Source: Psammoneis japonica
Taxonomy: Eukaryota
Length of the DNA stretch: 64,000 bases
Assembly (NCBI GenBank): GCA_008632985.1
Contig: QPGO01000025.1
Span: 62,001 to 126,000 of the forward strand
Direction: 5' to 3'
Notes under the pieces: model-generated
What the model was told of the DNA's origin: nothing
Databases searched by the model: none
The model's input: the letters and a program-made list of their open reading frames with translations, nothing else
In this document: positions 1 to 14,200 of the stretch, piece after piece
Layout: every line of letters starts with the position of its first letter
Numbering within the stretch: the first letter of the stretch is position 1
Program-made: the position numbers and the translations under genes

Positions 1-1530
<1,530 letters not shown>

Positions 1531-2210
1531 TGAGCCGAGATCCGACCCAATTCGTTGTGAGTAGGGCCCTACATTCCGTTTAGTTGCATTAGTGCATGGC
1601 GGACGCTACTAGCGTCCTGTATTCATCATGTCTTGCACTAGGTTGTGAAGCGTCCGTTTCTGTTGAACAATTGAATCCACGAACGGGGAATGGTCCGAAG
1701 AAATGAAAACGGGAAACGTCGACTATCGATTTACTCCGGCCAGATAGGTGTTTCTGCTTTCTCAATGTCGGAACTCAGTTTTTCTGTTTCGTTTGATGGC
1801 GGTGCTAATTGCGCAAGCTTACATTGTTTTTTGCCCCTTCTTTTGCGGACTGTAAGGCCTCTCTATCCTCAATGCACCGCGCCATATGGTTGCGTATTTA
1901 CCGAAAGAAAGCGAACTCTCTCTATGCAGCTACTATCACCTCTAGAGAGTACACAGTACACTATGGAGACAATGTATTCTATTAGTAGCTCTTCCTATTA
2001 TACAATAGAAACTACCGAGCTACTGAATTATCGATCATCCTCTTCTCACCGCTATCGTTGAATTCAATTCGCGAAAGCCAACTAGAAAAGTGACGGTCAT
2101 AATAATTTTTACTATACTTTCCACTCGAAGCTAACTAATGACATATTATATCCCCACAATGCGTACCAAGGCTCACTAACTCCTCGGATGCATTCTCCCC
2201 CATCCATCTG

Positions 2211-3290
2211 CTATTTAACAATACAGTATTTCAAAAGTCGAGTCTGGTTTGTGGCACAACTTGAACGTGTAGGTGCGGGCACTTCAGCAGCGTTCTTGGG
2301 TTCTTCACGGGGTTTCAAAGATGGTGCAGAATCTTGAAGAACATTTATCAAATGCATTGACGTATCAAAAACTCTCTTTCCCCAATACTTAGCCTTCCAC
2401 TCAATTGTAGAGCGACAGTCAGACAAGATTGGGTCCAGATATTGCGAAGCCTTTTCATAAATCAGGCTCGCCTGCGTCTTTGATAGCGTAGTCAAGCGTG
2501 TCGACAATTCCAAAACTCTCTTCCCCCAATGTCCAACGCTCGATTTTATCTCAGAGAGATGGTTAGACAAGATTGGGTTCCGAAGAAACGGCAAAAAATC
2601 ATCGCGTTCCTGCAGAACGCGTGCCTGAGTCTGGATTTGCGTGATGACGTCGTTCGAAATTACGTCTACAAGTTTCCACCAAAGCTGAAAAATTTCCGAC
2701 TTGATATCCGAAAAGCTGCCGTACATGTCCGACAAGAAGGCTGACTGGATCTCCAAAAATATCGTGAACGTATTTTGGAACGGGACTGACTTGGTCTCAA
2801 TGGTGCTGTCGGGAGTAGTGTTGTGAAAAAGTTGTTGGAGGCTGTCGTTGGAGTCGCCATTGTTGTCCTGAACAAAATATTCATAGACACAATACTCATT
2901 GGCATCTTCTTCAGGTACAATCGCGGGCGTGGTATTTCGTAGGAGTTCTTGGACGCGACTCGGAGACTTGTCGCCGTCGTCAAAATACACGCAAAAGCTG
3001 GAAATGAGCATGGCGTTTTCGAAGGGCACAGTGCTGGGATCAGCATTGCTGGTGATGTGATGGTAGTAGCTGGAGGTAGTATCGATATCAGAGGGATTGA
3101 CGTTGTCCAAAAGCTTGTGTAGGAGCTCTTTTTTGATCGTGGCGAAACTGTCGGTCGCCGTGGTTGCCTTGATCGACAAGGCGCTAGCACAGCGCTTTGC
3201 CGTATCAACAAACGAGGCAGAGAGTGGGCTGGTGATGGCACCAGCGCTCATGGTGACAATGAAGGCAAGGATAAAGTTAGTGACTTTCAT
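2211..3290 (-). CDS. Hypothetical protein with signal peptide and short internal repeats (~359 aa)
   Basis: ORF from ATG 3290 (MKVTNFILAFIVTMSAGA, hydrophobic leader). Repeated segments QELLRNTTP/QQLFHNTTP and GHWGKRV/KYWGKRV. Confidence 0.65.
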   Translation of the reverse strand: MKVTNFILAFIVTMSAGAITSPLSASFVDTAKRCASALSIKATTATDSFATIKKELLHKLLDNVNPSDIDTTSSYYHHITSNADPSTVPFENAMLISSFCVYFDDGDKSPSRVQELLRNTTPAIVPEEDANEYCVYEYFVQDNNGDSNDSLQQLFHNTTPDSTIETKSVPFQNTFTIFLEIQSAFLSDMYGSFSDIKSEIFQLWWKLVDVISNDVITQIQTQARVLQERDDFLPFLRNPILSNHLSEIKSSVGHWGKRVLELSTRLTTLSKTQASLIYEKASQYLDPILSDCRSTIEWKAKYWGKRVFDTSMHLINVLQDSAPSLKPREEPKNAAEVPAPTRSSCATNQTRLLKYCIVK

Positions 3291-3379
3291 GGTGGACCGT
3301 GAACTGACGAGCAATTCAGAAATTGTGAGAACATTCGATCGAGAAGAAATTCCCTGCCATTGATGCGATTGGTACAAAG

Positions 3380-3397
3380 CACGTAGAAATCTACGTG
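3380..3397. promoter_or_regulatory. Palindrome CACGTAGA-AA-TCTACGTG
   Basis: Perfect 8-bp inverted repeat ~90 bp upstream of ATG 3290. Identical 18-mer at 15318-15335; variants at 19211 and 35219. Confidence 0.4.
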
Positions 3398-3951
3398 GCT
3401 TGAGCCGTTCGTCAGACGGACGCCGTTGTTGATGTTCTACGAAAGTTTGACGCCCATGTGTCGCAATGACACGTTGGTTATGGATTGGTTTTGCCAGCAA
3501 TTTCTAAACGTAATGTCGTGGCGCATCTCAACGGATCATGGACGGTTTTGCAAACAGTGTCACAACACATGAGCTGGAGGACCAAACACGACACACGACG
3601 CTCACAAATCACAACGCGTTTTTGGCGCAGTTTGTGTGCGTATCAAGCCTAGCCGATCGTGCTACTGTATCACGCGCGCCTCCGCGCGCTCCGAGCTGCT
3701 GGCCGCCCTCCCCCGCGCGCTCCATCCACCCACCACGCACTGAGCACGATGCCTGCATCAGCATCAGCCGGCCATCACCCATCACAGCTGCAAAAGTTCT
3801 TTCGGAGCAGTACAGTATGCATGGGAGATTAGATCGGTGCTGCTTCGGTAAAAGTAATATGAAAGCACAAGCCGAAATGCCTGTTCATCCAGATAAAGTG
3901 GAAAGCGGGAAGAAAGAGATGAAGGGAAGATCAAGAACCGTTGGAAGGAAC

Positions 3952-6900
3952 ATGATAAAGAGAAGAAATTTTTTGATTGTTCCAGTCGGAGTTGTTCTCC
4001 TCCACGCCTCAAGAATAGCATGCTTTGTCGCTCCGCCATCCAGAATAAGACCCACCAAAGTAGACCCTTGGAAGAGATATATTCCCAGACCACTGATTTC
4101 TTGCTCTGTGCACACGCTTGTACGTGGTGAAGCAGAGGCAAAGATCGATGATGACAGCTACCAGAAATTAGCGATTGCCACTGCCAAGCTTTTGTCGAAT
4201 GCTGAAAGCATTTCCAATGCAAGGCAGCAGAAAAGAAGTAGGGATGATCGATTGAATCTGGTAAAATCACTTGTAAATTTTCTGAAAGAGACGCGTTTGG
4301 AACAAGTCCTGGAGCCGTCTGACGGTGTGTTTCTCCAGGCTTTCGATGCAGCCATCATTTCAGGAGTTAGAGCTGCGGGGTCCGCAGGAGAATTTCGATT
4401 GATTTATACCCTCGTCGAAGCTTGTCTCCAATTTTCTTCTGCTCATGGACCCATCTTGCCACCGCGGTTGTTTGGGGAAGCGATTGAGAATCTCTCGAGT
4501 AGATGCAAGGCTAACGCAGGCAAAATACGGCAAATGTGGCAGCTTGGCCTTTCTAGCAAAGACCTGCTGAGGGAACCTCTAGGGGCATTTGAGCTTAACA
4601 CTCTCATCAAAGGTCTCGCAAGTCGTGGTAAGATCCGGGCGTCGTTGGACATTGTACGAGAATCCGATATTGTTCCGGATTCCTACACGGCCAGCGCCCT
4701 GTTTGGCGTGTTGAGCGATTCAATTGTTGAGGGACAAGCTCCGGTGGAAGTGGCTTCAAAATTGGATTCACCTTGCTGGCAGTGGAATGAAGCTACATCT
4801 CTTTTGGACTCTACCTTCTCGTCGCAACCGCTTAACAACTTTGCATATGCAGCAGCCCTCAAACTAAACGAAAGAGCATCTGAAGTCTTCTCGTCTCATG
4901 GCCGCAAACACTACGGGGCAGTTGCGGCAATGAACCTTTTGGAACGAATGAAGGTAAGGACAGTTGTAAATACTATGAAGTGATAGCTACTGAGTCATGC
5001 AGCCGCCAGTTTCACTATAACTTTTCCCTTCGTGTTTAGCGCAATCATATGTCTCCGGACGTTGTGACATGCAGCTTGATTTTGTCGGCTTTTGACAAAG
5101 GATATCAGTGGACCGCCGCAGTGACGCTGTTGAACGCGATGATCAAACATCAGACAAAAAGCCAGGATAACGAGAGTTCATGGTCGCTACCGGCGCCTAA
5201 CGTTTACTCATATGCAATCGCCGTCTCAGCTTGCGCACGATGCAATAGGTGCGAAGAAGCTCTTGAGATTGTAAACACAATGAGGCGTGACAGCGATAGC
5301 GTGAAACCTAACTCGTGGGTTTATAACGCGGCGTTGTCGGCTTGTGTTTACTCACCTAATCTACACCATGGAACGAACCATGAGCAGCGCAAGCCACTTT
5401 TGACGGCTTTGTCACTACTGGAGCTAATGGACAAGGACGCTGACGAAGGATTTGATACTGCTCCAGATACCGTTACCTTCAATACCGTCCTCGCTACGAT
5501 GGAATGGGGAGGATCCTCCTTTCGTGCTGAAGATGGAGGTGTTGTTATGCAAGCCGCAGACTCTGACATGACACGGGCTTTCTCTTCAGAAGAAGAAATT
5601 GTATTCGAATTGATTTCACAAATGAAGCGCAGAGGCCTATCCCGTGATGCGATTACTTATCACAATGCCATCATGGCTGTCCATTTAAATGGGAAGTCTG
5701 TTCTGCGTGTGCTGGAAGAAGCGCTGAATGACAACATTGACATCGTGTCGAAGCAATCGAATTTGAATGGACGTGCCGTAGACGGAGATATTTTTGTTTT
5801 CAACACCGGATTATCGGTCCTCGCCGGGAACGGCGATATGGAAGGAGTGAACAAAATTTTCTCGATGATGCAAACAGCTGGTGTGAAGGCAAATTCAGAG
5901 AGCCTTACTCATTTTTTAACTGCCATGGGAAAGAGCGGCAGAACTCATTCAATCGTTGCCCTCGTTGAATCCATCCAGGACTCTGAGCTGCCGAGGTGGA
6001 TGGACCTTGAAATGGGCCAGGTTGACAACAACTTCTTTGGATCTTTCCCTTCACTAACAGACGATAATTTTTCAGCAGCTATAGCATCTTGCCTGGAGGA
6101 AAATGATGTCGAAAGCGCTCTCGGGGTTGTTGCACTTATAGAAGCCAGAGGGCTTAGAACCAGCAATGCGTCTATGTACGAAATTTCGCATGCATATTGT
6201 CGGTTGGCAATGGAATCAGCTGCCGATGAAACAAGACGCGAAGTAAGGATGATGAAGAAAAGAAAGAAGATGTGCAACCATAAATGGAAGTTGGATAGGA
6301 TAGAATCAAGAACCCACGCAAGGAGTGCTTTCGAAGTCGCCAAATCATTGGAATCACCACCAGTCCAACTGCTCTCAGCAGTTTCACGAGCCTTGGGTGC
6401 TGCTGGCTTGTGGGAAGAGAGCCGAGAAGTGCTGCGCTCCCTGCACATGTCCGCAATAAAGGAGCAGAAAATTGAAACAAAGATCGGTCACCAAGGCGAA
6501 CAAGGAGCACGATTCGTGCTCCCTGGTCTTCATCGTTCTTTGATGAAGCTGTGTGCGCGAAGTGGAAATGTGACTTCCGCTCTGTCTATTGTTGATGACA
6601 TCCAAACAGTAACGAAGTGGTTTCGGCCCGCGTCAGGCTCAACTTTGGCCAAGGATGCAAATTGCACGCTTGCGATGAAGTCGCTATCTTCCTATCTGCA
6701 GTTTGACGAATCTGCGCCTGCTGTGTCACAAACGGAGGACTACGCTTCGATATTGAGTTCGCTGGATATCACCCCGACCTGGAGAATGTCGACCGGCGAG
6801 GTGGGCATGAAAGCCGAAGACTGGAAGCTTCTGATGATAGCAGCTTCAAAATCTGGTCACTGGAAAGTGTGCATGGGTACTTTACAGTTCCTCCGGCCAT

Positions 6901-7772
6901 ATCTAGAGGCAACAAATCATAATTTGGTCGCCAACAAGGATAGAGAGATCCTTGATAAGCAGTATGGGAAAATAAGTCGCTCCCTTACATCTGCCATCTT
7001 GTGCTTTGAGATGAGGAACCAGTATGCATGGGCTGTGCGGGCTATTGACGACTGGATCACTTGGAGTGGAAGACGTCCTCCAGCTGACGGAGTTATTGCT
7101 GCCTTTCGCATTCTGGCGTCGCGAGGGAGAGGAAGTGAAGTAAATCGCTTGTTGTCACGCATCATACAGGTCCCTGCAAGGCCGTCAACGGCCACGACTT
7201 ACGAAGAGAAATTGTACGTCGGAGCAATTTCGGCGCTTCATACCAATGGGTTGTACGATGACGCTGATGATACTTTCATCGCGGGTGTTTCCGATGGAAG
7301 CATTCCCTTTGAAGTGACCCGAGGCCCATTTGACCCAAGTGAGAAGCTTACGCTTGACCTGCATGGGATGAATACTCCACTAGCTCACTGTGCAGTACGT
7401 GTAGCGCTCCAACGAGAGGTTGAGATTGCAAGTTATACCCAGGAGCTAGAACCAACCAATACTGTGAACGACATGATCATTGTCACAGGTCGTGGGAGGA
7501 ATTCGGGACGGCGCTTTCGCCCGGTCCTGCGGCCTGAGGTACAGCGAATGCTGCAGGAAGAGTTTTACCCACCGTTGAGTACAGCATCTATCCCTGGAAA
7601 CATGGGGGCATTGAAAGTACCCGCCGAAGACATCACTGCGTGGCTCTCTCACCGCCGACAACAGAAAGGAGCTCGTATGCTCGCAGTAGCTGAAGTCATC
7701 AAGAACCTATCATCTGGCGATCGCCTTCGTCAAATGATTGCATCAAAACTCGGGACAGACGACGTAGAATGA
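3952..7772 (+). CDS. PPR protein with C-terminal Smr domain, probably plastid-targeted (2 exons, intron 4954-5039)
   Basis: PPR motifs (PDVVTCSLILSAF, PNVYSYAIAVSACAR, PNSWVYNAALSAC, PDTVTFNTVL). Smr motifs LDLHGM..IIVTGRGRNS..LRPEVQRML. The GT..AG intron joins the two ORFs in frame. Leader ends ACF-VAP; start codon uncertain. Confidence 0.88.
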
Positions 7773-9001
7773 CGGAATCTTCGTTTTCCGTATACCCGTC
7801 CTCTCCAAATGTTGAAACGCGATACTGCACACCGAAGGACAAACAATACTGATTTGCCTGGGATTTATTCCCGATGATTCTTTAACCTTGCTGCTGGTAG
7901 AGACTCGAAGGTGCCACTGAAAGCTCTATCCCTTGGTGGCGGAAGGAATTGTAATCCCAGCTGTTGCAGCCGTTTAGGTGTGAATGAAAATGTCAGAAGT
8001 CAAGTAGCGTCGAAGCACTCGAGTGGGGACAATTTGATCGTTTCGGTACGAAGTGTGTTATCTTCCCTATAATCCCAAAACGGCGTTGACGTCTTCCTAC
8101 CTGTTGGCCAAGCGCTCGCGGTCAGGTGTCATTGGGGGCAAAAGGATGAGATGTTTCGAATGCACCTGGATCAGTTCGGTAGCGGAAGAATCAGCGTTCG
8201 TAAGTGTTTAGAATTCCATGTCGGCGCTGGTCTGTGGCCATTTGACCGTGGAGCTGACTCACTGAGCGAAAGACCTCTTTGTTTTCGTCAGGCCAGAAGC
8301 GACTCTTCTTCTCTCATGCTGTCAATAATGTACCGGTGACTATTAGGTCGAATTTCCACAACGTGTTGTCATTCTGAAGGCAACTCGGCCCACGAGATCC
8401 CATTCCTCTGCGCAATCACTTCTAGCAATCTTTCGAGGTTATGGCTCGCATCGTGTTCTCTTCTCACTTGCTTCAATCGAGTTTGTTGGGGTTCCGCATT
8501 CAAGATCTGGTCCGCAAGGCGCTGATTTCTAGGTTGGGTTCCTTGTGCAGTCACGGCGGCATCAAAATCTGCCCGTATCCCTCAGCGGCGTGTGTGAATG
8601 CGCTGCCCACTCCGTTGATCACTAGTCCTCGCAGGTCCTAGACGACTGTGTTTGGGTTTCCAAGCGGCAATCTTGACAACGGAATGTTGATGATATCCCA
8701 AACTGTTTGGATTGACTCTGCCAATGTCGCTGTCACTCATTATGCACCGGTATGTACTGCATACACTCTCCTCCACTCTATGAACTAGCTGACATTTTCA
8801 AGTGAGAAGGCACGAATTGCTACCTCCAGAGGAACTAAGATAGCGCTTGTCATTCAATCGTTTTGTTCCGCACACAGGAAACAGAAACAGTGTAATTGGG
8901 AAAATCAAAGTTAGAAGACGATGGGATTAGCAGCTTTGAAACTAACACAAGTATCAACCAGTGAACAAGCGCTTTACTTTAGGTTACAACTAGAAACATT
9001 C

Positions 9002-9688
9002 TTACTCCCGACTGGCGGTGAGAATATCAGAGTCACCAGGATCAATGATACTCAACACAGAGCAGTTGAAGAACTTTCCGCAGGCAGTTCCCAAAGCAGT
9101 GTTATCCCCCGAGTAGTGGTGCACGTTTGTCTTGGCAAGCATAGCCAAATACTCCAACTCAGACTTGCGGAGCGGAGGGCAGTTGGAGCTAATCAGAATC
9201 ATCTTGGCCTTGCCTCTACGGAGAGACTTGACAGTTGCCTTGTAGCCCAAAATTGCCTTTCCGGACCTCATACAAGCTTGAGGCGCGAGTTCATGTTCTC
9301 GGCGTTCTTCTTCTACGCTCAAAAAAGGATAGAAAGGAGCAAATTCAATCAGCGTGAGAAAAAGCATCAAAAAGACAGACTATAACGCATCGGATGGTCT
9401 CGTTTCCATAGAGCGTAGTTTCCTGCTGCCTCGAGTGGTATGCTATGATATATGGAACATAGTAAAAGTCTCATTCAAAGTCTTTCGATTCTAGAGCGCC
9501 TCAAACCGTTCGATCTCAGCCGACGGAAAACGATAGGTAGAGGTTATGGAACCGGGCGCTTCTGAGAATCGTCGACTTGAGTGTTTCTCTTTCCACGTTC
9601 GACAATCACCATCTCGGGCGGGCAGCAGTCCATTAGCTAGCTCATGGTGCCCCCTCCGGTGTCATCGACGTACCGCTTTCTTCGGCAT
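9002..9688 (-). CDS. RPL30: 60S ribosomal protein L30 (eL30); intron 9313-9673; apparent 1-nt deletion near 9272
   Basis: [66 protein letters not shown]...[10 protein letters not shown]. Confidence 0.95.
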
Positions 9689-10157
9689 GGTTGCAGGTGG
9701 TTGGTTATATGAATCGATTCGACTTGGACCTTCTCAGCGTTGTTGCTCCAGCAAGTGAGAGAGAGGATGCGGCGTTCGTCTTCATCCTTGGTCTTTTGCG
9801 GTCGGAGGGAGCCGTGTAGAAAATGTACTATTACGACGTAGCGTGTTTAGTAAGTGGTTTGGTGGTTTTTGTGCCTGCCTGTCTGTCAGCCCGCGGTGAA
9901 AAGACCCGAAGCTGCTGCGCGCGAAGAACGCAAGTTCGCGCGGTGGCGAGCTTTTGGAGATGGGCGATGCGCGTTGCCGCCTTGTCTTCTGCGGCCTTAG
10001 CTCTACCGGTAGTATATAGAGTAGAGCCTCATTACACCTAAGGAGTAGCTGCTGTAGATGGGCATCAGCACTCTGCTTCTATGATTGCTCTGCTATTCTC
10101 ACACGCAGTCTAGTAGAGAGAGCGTCGTTTCCTCTAGAGTTAAACAAGTCATTGCGG

Positions 10158-11444
10158 TTATTGCCAGTCTTCAATTTCTTGCTCTTCCTCCTCCAAGCCC
10201 ATCACTCTATTGAGCTGGAGCCTACGAATCTCCGTGTGTTCCATCGGTAGCTCCGTGGCTATTTGTTGCCATTCCTGAGCTACCTTTTCTCTTTCTTCTA
10301 AGATTATTGTAGCCAAGGCCATTGGATCCACAATTGCTGTCACCTCTTCATTGTCCTCCTCCTGAAGAACCATTCGAGGACTGGACAGGAGCAGTTCTTC
10401 TAGAAAGTCATCAGCTCGACCATAGCGGAGCGATCCACTGAAGTGCGTATCAATTCTTTCCTTGTAAAATTCGTCAAGAAACTCCATACTGGCACGCGCA
10501 CTACCCTCTCGGTTTTTGTCATTGTTGAGTACCCGGTGTATGCTTTCCTGCGTGGCAAGCAACACCAACAAGTCAAAGTTGCCCTTTCTTAATGGCGACG
10601 GAGCATAGTCACTTTCCAAGTCAGAATTCCTTTCCAAAAAGAGCAGATTGGGACGTTGGATACCAGCTACAGCACTGTCGTCCTCGTTTTCGCGCAGGCT
10701 TTTCAAATTCTCCCAATACGATTCCAGTGTGTGTCCGCCCATGTTGGCAATCACACCCAAGTCATAAATGAATTCTCGAGCAATTTGTTCCCGCACCGAA
10801 AGGATTCGACTGCAAAGAGATGCCGGATCAATGTCGATTTCGTAATTGGGTATATGAGCTTTGCTTGATTCCACCGAAAGCGTCTCGCTCGGTTGCTGCA
10901 AGAGTTCGAAGAAATAATCATCCCATGTTGGAAACAAGGTGGTATTCAATGCGCCCAATCCGTGATATCTCAACATTGTTACTACTGGACCTTTTGTCTC
11001 TGGATCGACAAACTCGCCCGTTTCATAGTTGGAGGGGTCCTCCTTGTGATCTTCTGTACGAAACTTGATCGTTGGTCTTGTGAAGCCTTCTAGCCAAAGA
11101 ACGGTTTGGGGATCTCTCATTTGACTTAGCAGAAACATAAATGATTGAAGACAACACTGATTAACAAACGTGCGAAAGTCATATGGAGGGGGCTGTTCGG
11201 TGTCATCTGATGAGGACGACATGTAGAGTGCTGCAAGTCGCGACACGGTCGTTCGTCTTGTTCCACCCATAAACGGTGGTAGCGGTGATAAAGCCTGGAC
11301 AGAGACACATGGCAAGAGGGACCACAAGATAGACACAAATAAAACCCCTATACAATAACGTGATGGCATAGACTTTCTCATTTCAGCGGAACGTGCAAAA
11401 CGACCTGTCGCCGAGAACGACCGCGAGAAGAAGACACCGATCAT
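10158..11444 (-). CDS. Hypothetical protein with signal/transit-like N-terminus
   Basis: 428-aa uninterrupted ORF with normal coding composition. Hydrophobic leader ending VQA-LSP followed by an S/T/R-rich transit-like stretch. Start may be a downstream ATG. Confidence 0.75.
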   Translation of the reverse strand: MIGVFFSRSFSATGRFARSAEMRKSMPSRYCIGVLFVSILWSLLPCVSVQALSPLPPFMGGTRRTTVSRLAALYMSSSSDDTEQPPPYDFRTFVNQCCLQSFMFLLSQMRDPQTVLWLEGFTRPTIKFRTEDHKEDPSNYETGEFVDPETKGPVVTMLRYHGLGALNTTLFPTWDDYFFELLQQPSETLSVESSKAHIPNYEIDIDPASLCSRILSVREQIAREFIYDLGVIANMGGHTLESYWENLKSLRENEDDSAVAGIQRPNLLFLERNSDLESDYAPSPLRKGNFDLLVLLATQESIHRVLNNDKNREGSARASMEFLDEFYKERIDTHFSGSLRYGRADDFLEELLLSSPRMVLQEEDNEEVTAIVDPMALATIILEEREKVAQEWQQIATELPMEHTEIRRLQLNRVMGLEEEEQEIEDWQ

Positions 11445-11668
11445 CGCCGATCGTCAGGAAAAATGAGCAGATGATTTTCCGAAGGAGGAGCACTTCATAT
11501 TTTAAATCTACAGAAAGGAAGGGTATATAAAGGATCATCCTACGTGGTCTTCAGTATCCTTCCTACGAGCCAATCCGGCAGAATTGCCTCCGACGTCCTT
11601 CCGGCGTTCGACTAAAAGATCCAAGATCCAAAAAGCAAAATATATCGATAAAAACGACTACGAAGCCG

Positions 11669-12552
11669 ATGACAGGCACAATGGTGGGACTTCCTCTGCG
11701 AATGCGTCCAACAATACTCTTGTTTGGTGATTCAATTACACAACAAGGCTTTGGATGGGACGGTGGGGTCGGCTGGATTTCGCTCTTGTCAGCGGCTTAT
11801 TCACGCCGAGCAGACGTGTTGAATCGCGGATTTTCAGGCTACAACACGAGACACGCGGTGGAAATTGCGCCCAAAATCTTTGCAGAGGAGAAAAATAGCA
11901 ACGTTCTGTTTTGCACTGTCTTTTTTGGAGCCAACGACGCTGCACTGCCCGGTGAGCGACAACACGTTCCCATTGAAGAGTATGCTGAGAACCTAGGAAG
12001 ATTGTTATCGGAATTAGGTACGAAGTGTTGATTGTCTCATCATTTTTCTGTGCGAAGACAAAGACATAATTTACGGTCCTTTCTATCATCACTTTCCCAG
12101 AGAGAGCCTTCATGGAATATCTGACAGTTCGACAAAAAACGACAACGCTACCTGTCCGACAACGAAAGTGTTCCCATTTTGCTCCTACTCCGCCGCCTGT
12201 AGACATTGATGCATGGCTCACTAGTCGCGGCAAGGACGACGTTACCTCTTATCGAGCCAATGATGTTGCTAGAGAGTATGGAAGCAAAGTCAAACAAGTT
12301 GCTTCAGAGTTCAATTGCTCGGTTCTGGATGTTTTTGAGTTGCTTGGAGGCAACAACGACGTTTCAACGTATGGAACGGCCTTGAGGGATGGACTTCACC
12401 TGAGTGAAGAAGGAAACAAAGTGTTGTATAGCGGTCTAATGGACTTTGTCACACAGAATTTTCCTGATTTGGCTCCAATGTGTGACGGAAATGGAAAGTA
12501 TGGCAAAACTGGAATTCCCTTGCAGGGAAAGTTGTGGTCGGAGTTATGCTGA
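11669..12552 (+). CDS. IAH1: SGNH/GDSL esterase, IAH1-like (intron 12018-12100; probable indels)
   Basis: ILLFGDSITQ, DVLNRGFSGYNTR, FFGANDA, QHVP..EY.ENL and DGLHLSEEGN blocks. Confidence 0.88.
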
Positions 12553-12790
12553 TGAGGCGGATGCAAGGAGCATGATGTAGTAGTATATATTATGTTCATC
12601 TGTCGTTGAAATGTCTGAACGTCAAGATAACTCGCTTGACGAAGAAGAGGGCCGGAGATTAAACAGGAACAGCCGATCTCTACTTTGGAATTTCACCGAA
12701 AGATCTGAACTAGCAGAGAGACGAAGGAACGTGCAGACGTAAACCATGTACTGTTAGTACTGCATGCGTTTCGTTTTACAATCCATTCTT

Positions 12791-12834
12791 CGTTCAAACC
12801 AATGCCGTTCAAACCAATGTCGTTCAAACCACGT
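12791..12834 (+). repeat. Three tandem 15-bp units CGTTCAAACCAATG(C/T) at the left edge of a mutated island
   Basis: Units read directly at 12791, 12806 and 12821 (third is partial). Confidence 0.85.
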
Positions 12835-12899
12835 CAAATTTTTTTAGTTAAAGCGGATCAAGCATCCGGAGCACATCCTGAAGTTCAACGTTTCAGTCA

Positions 12900-14200
12900 T
12901 GTGAAAAAAAAACAAAGTCTACAGCTGTGATGCAATTTGTGGCAGGACAAATCCCGCAAGATTTTTTTGTAGTAGAATGCGGCACTTTTTGGACACCTCA
13001 CTGAAGCTGGCAGTTCAAATTTGTGGCTTGCATCTTCAAAGGTTTCAAGAGTGCCCCTTGATGCAGCTGTCTTGTTGGCCCAAGCAATCTGTCACACATC
13101 ACACCACACACATGGAGCAAAACCTTGTCTCCTTTCTTCATGTGCAGCAACTCAAACTTTCTGTTGATGCAGTCTTGCACTTGTGCACTTGCATTGCCAC
13201 AAAGCACTGTCATTGTCAGAGGGTTCAGCACAAATCAACATGATGGTTGGCAAGGAAATGAAGTCACTGCAAGTTCGCAACCTGTGCAGTCCAGTCTTTG
13301 TGGCTCTTTGCAGGTGCCAGCCTGTGTTGCCAGATGCTTGCAATGTGTGTCTCTGCAACCATGCAACCAGGTCCTTGCAGAGCTTCTTGCAGCCAAATTG
13401 TGTGACCAAACTGCCAGTGTGGCTGTGTGAGTTTCACAATCTGTGGATCAGATCACTCTGCCAGACAAGAGAGAGTGCAAATTTGAGTCAAACATGGCAT
13501 GAAACAGACAAGTTCCAGAGAAAAATGTTGTTTTTGCAATTTTTCAATGGTCTCTAACTTTTGACTAACTCGCACCTTTTGGCCAGTGGGAACAGTGCAA
13601 AAATGCTTGTCACACACCTGCGCAATTTTGCACACTTTAACATTCCATCCAAGAGTTTGATGAGACAAGCGTGCCACAAAAAATGATGGGGCATCATCAT
13701 TTGCACAAAGTGTCTTTCAACCAAAGCAGTGGTGATGACATGAAAATCTGAGCATGAGTCACCTGATTGGAAGAACCACCATTTTCCTGCTTTTTTGTTT
13801 GTTGCTTTTTGGTGTGCATCTGCCAAATCCCACAGCCGGTGCATCTATGACATCAACAGCTGCCATGCAGTCATGCCACATTGTCAGCAACACAACACCC
13901 ACAGAGTGAGTTGGAGTTTGCTCTTTTTGCTGAATTCAGCACATGCTCTTTGTTTCACTTGTTGTTTGTGAGAGCATCAAGGAAAAAAAAAGAATGTGTT
14001 GAAAATTGGAGATGGTGGCTCAATCACCACAATCTCACAAAGCACCCAAAAAGGACACTTTGTTTTCACACTGGCTCAAATGACTTGGTGCAGCTCAGCA
14101 GAAGAGCCTGGCAAGAGCAGCAGCACCACATTCCTTCACACTCACTGGTGCAACATGGCGCCAATGTTCCACCCAGCAGCACCCAATTTTGACATGGACA
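12900..14200 (-). mobile_element. Degenerate dispersed repeat, family X copy 1 (class unassigned)
   Basis: 13141-13233 matches 21716-21810, and 13960-14137 matches 26321-26520. TpA/CpG-depleted. Confidence 0.6.

Noticed and set aside
7850..8800. Possible minus-strand gene between the PPR gene and RPL30
   Set aside because: Only short ORFs (e.g. 8369-8554) with no recognisable motif; no gene model could be built.
12791..12834. CRISPR-like array
   Set aside because: Contiguous 15-bp units without spacers, no cas genes, eukaryotic context.
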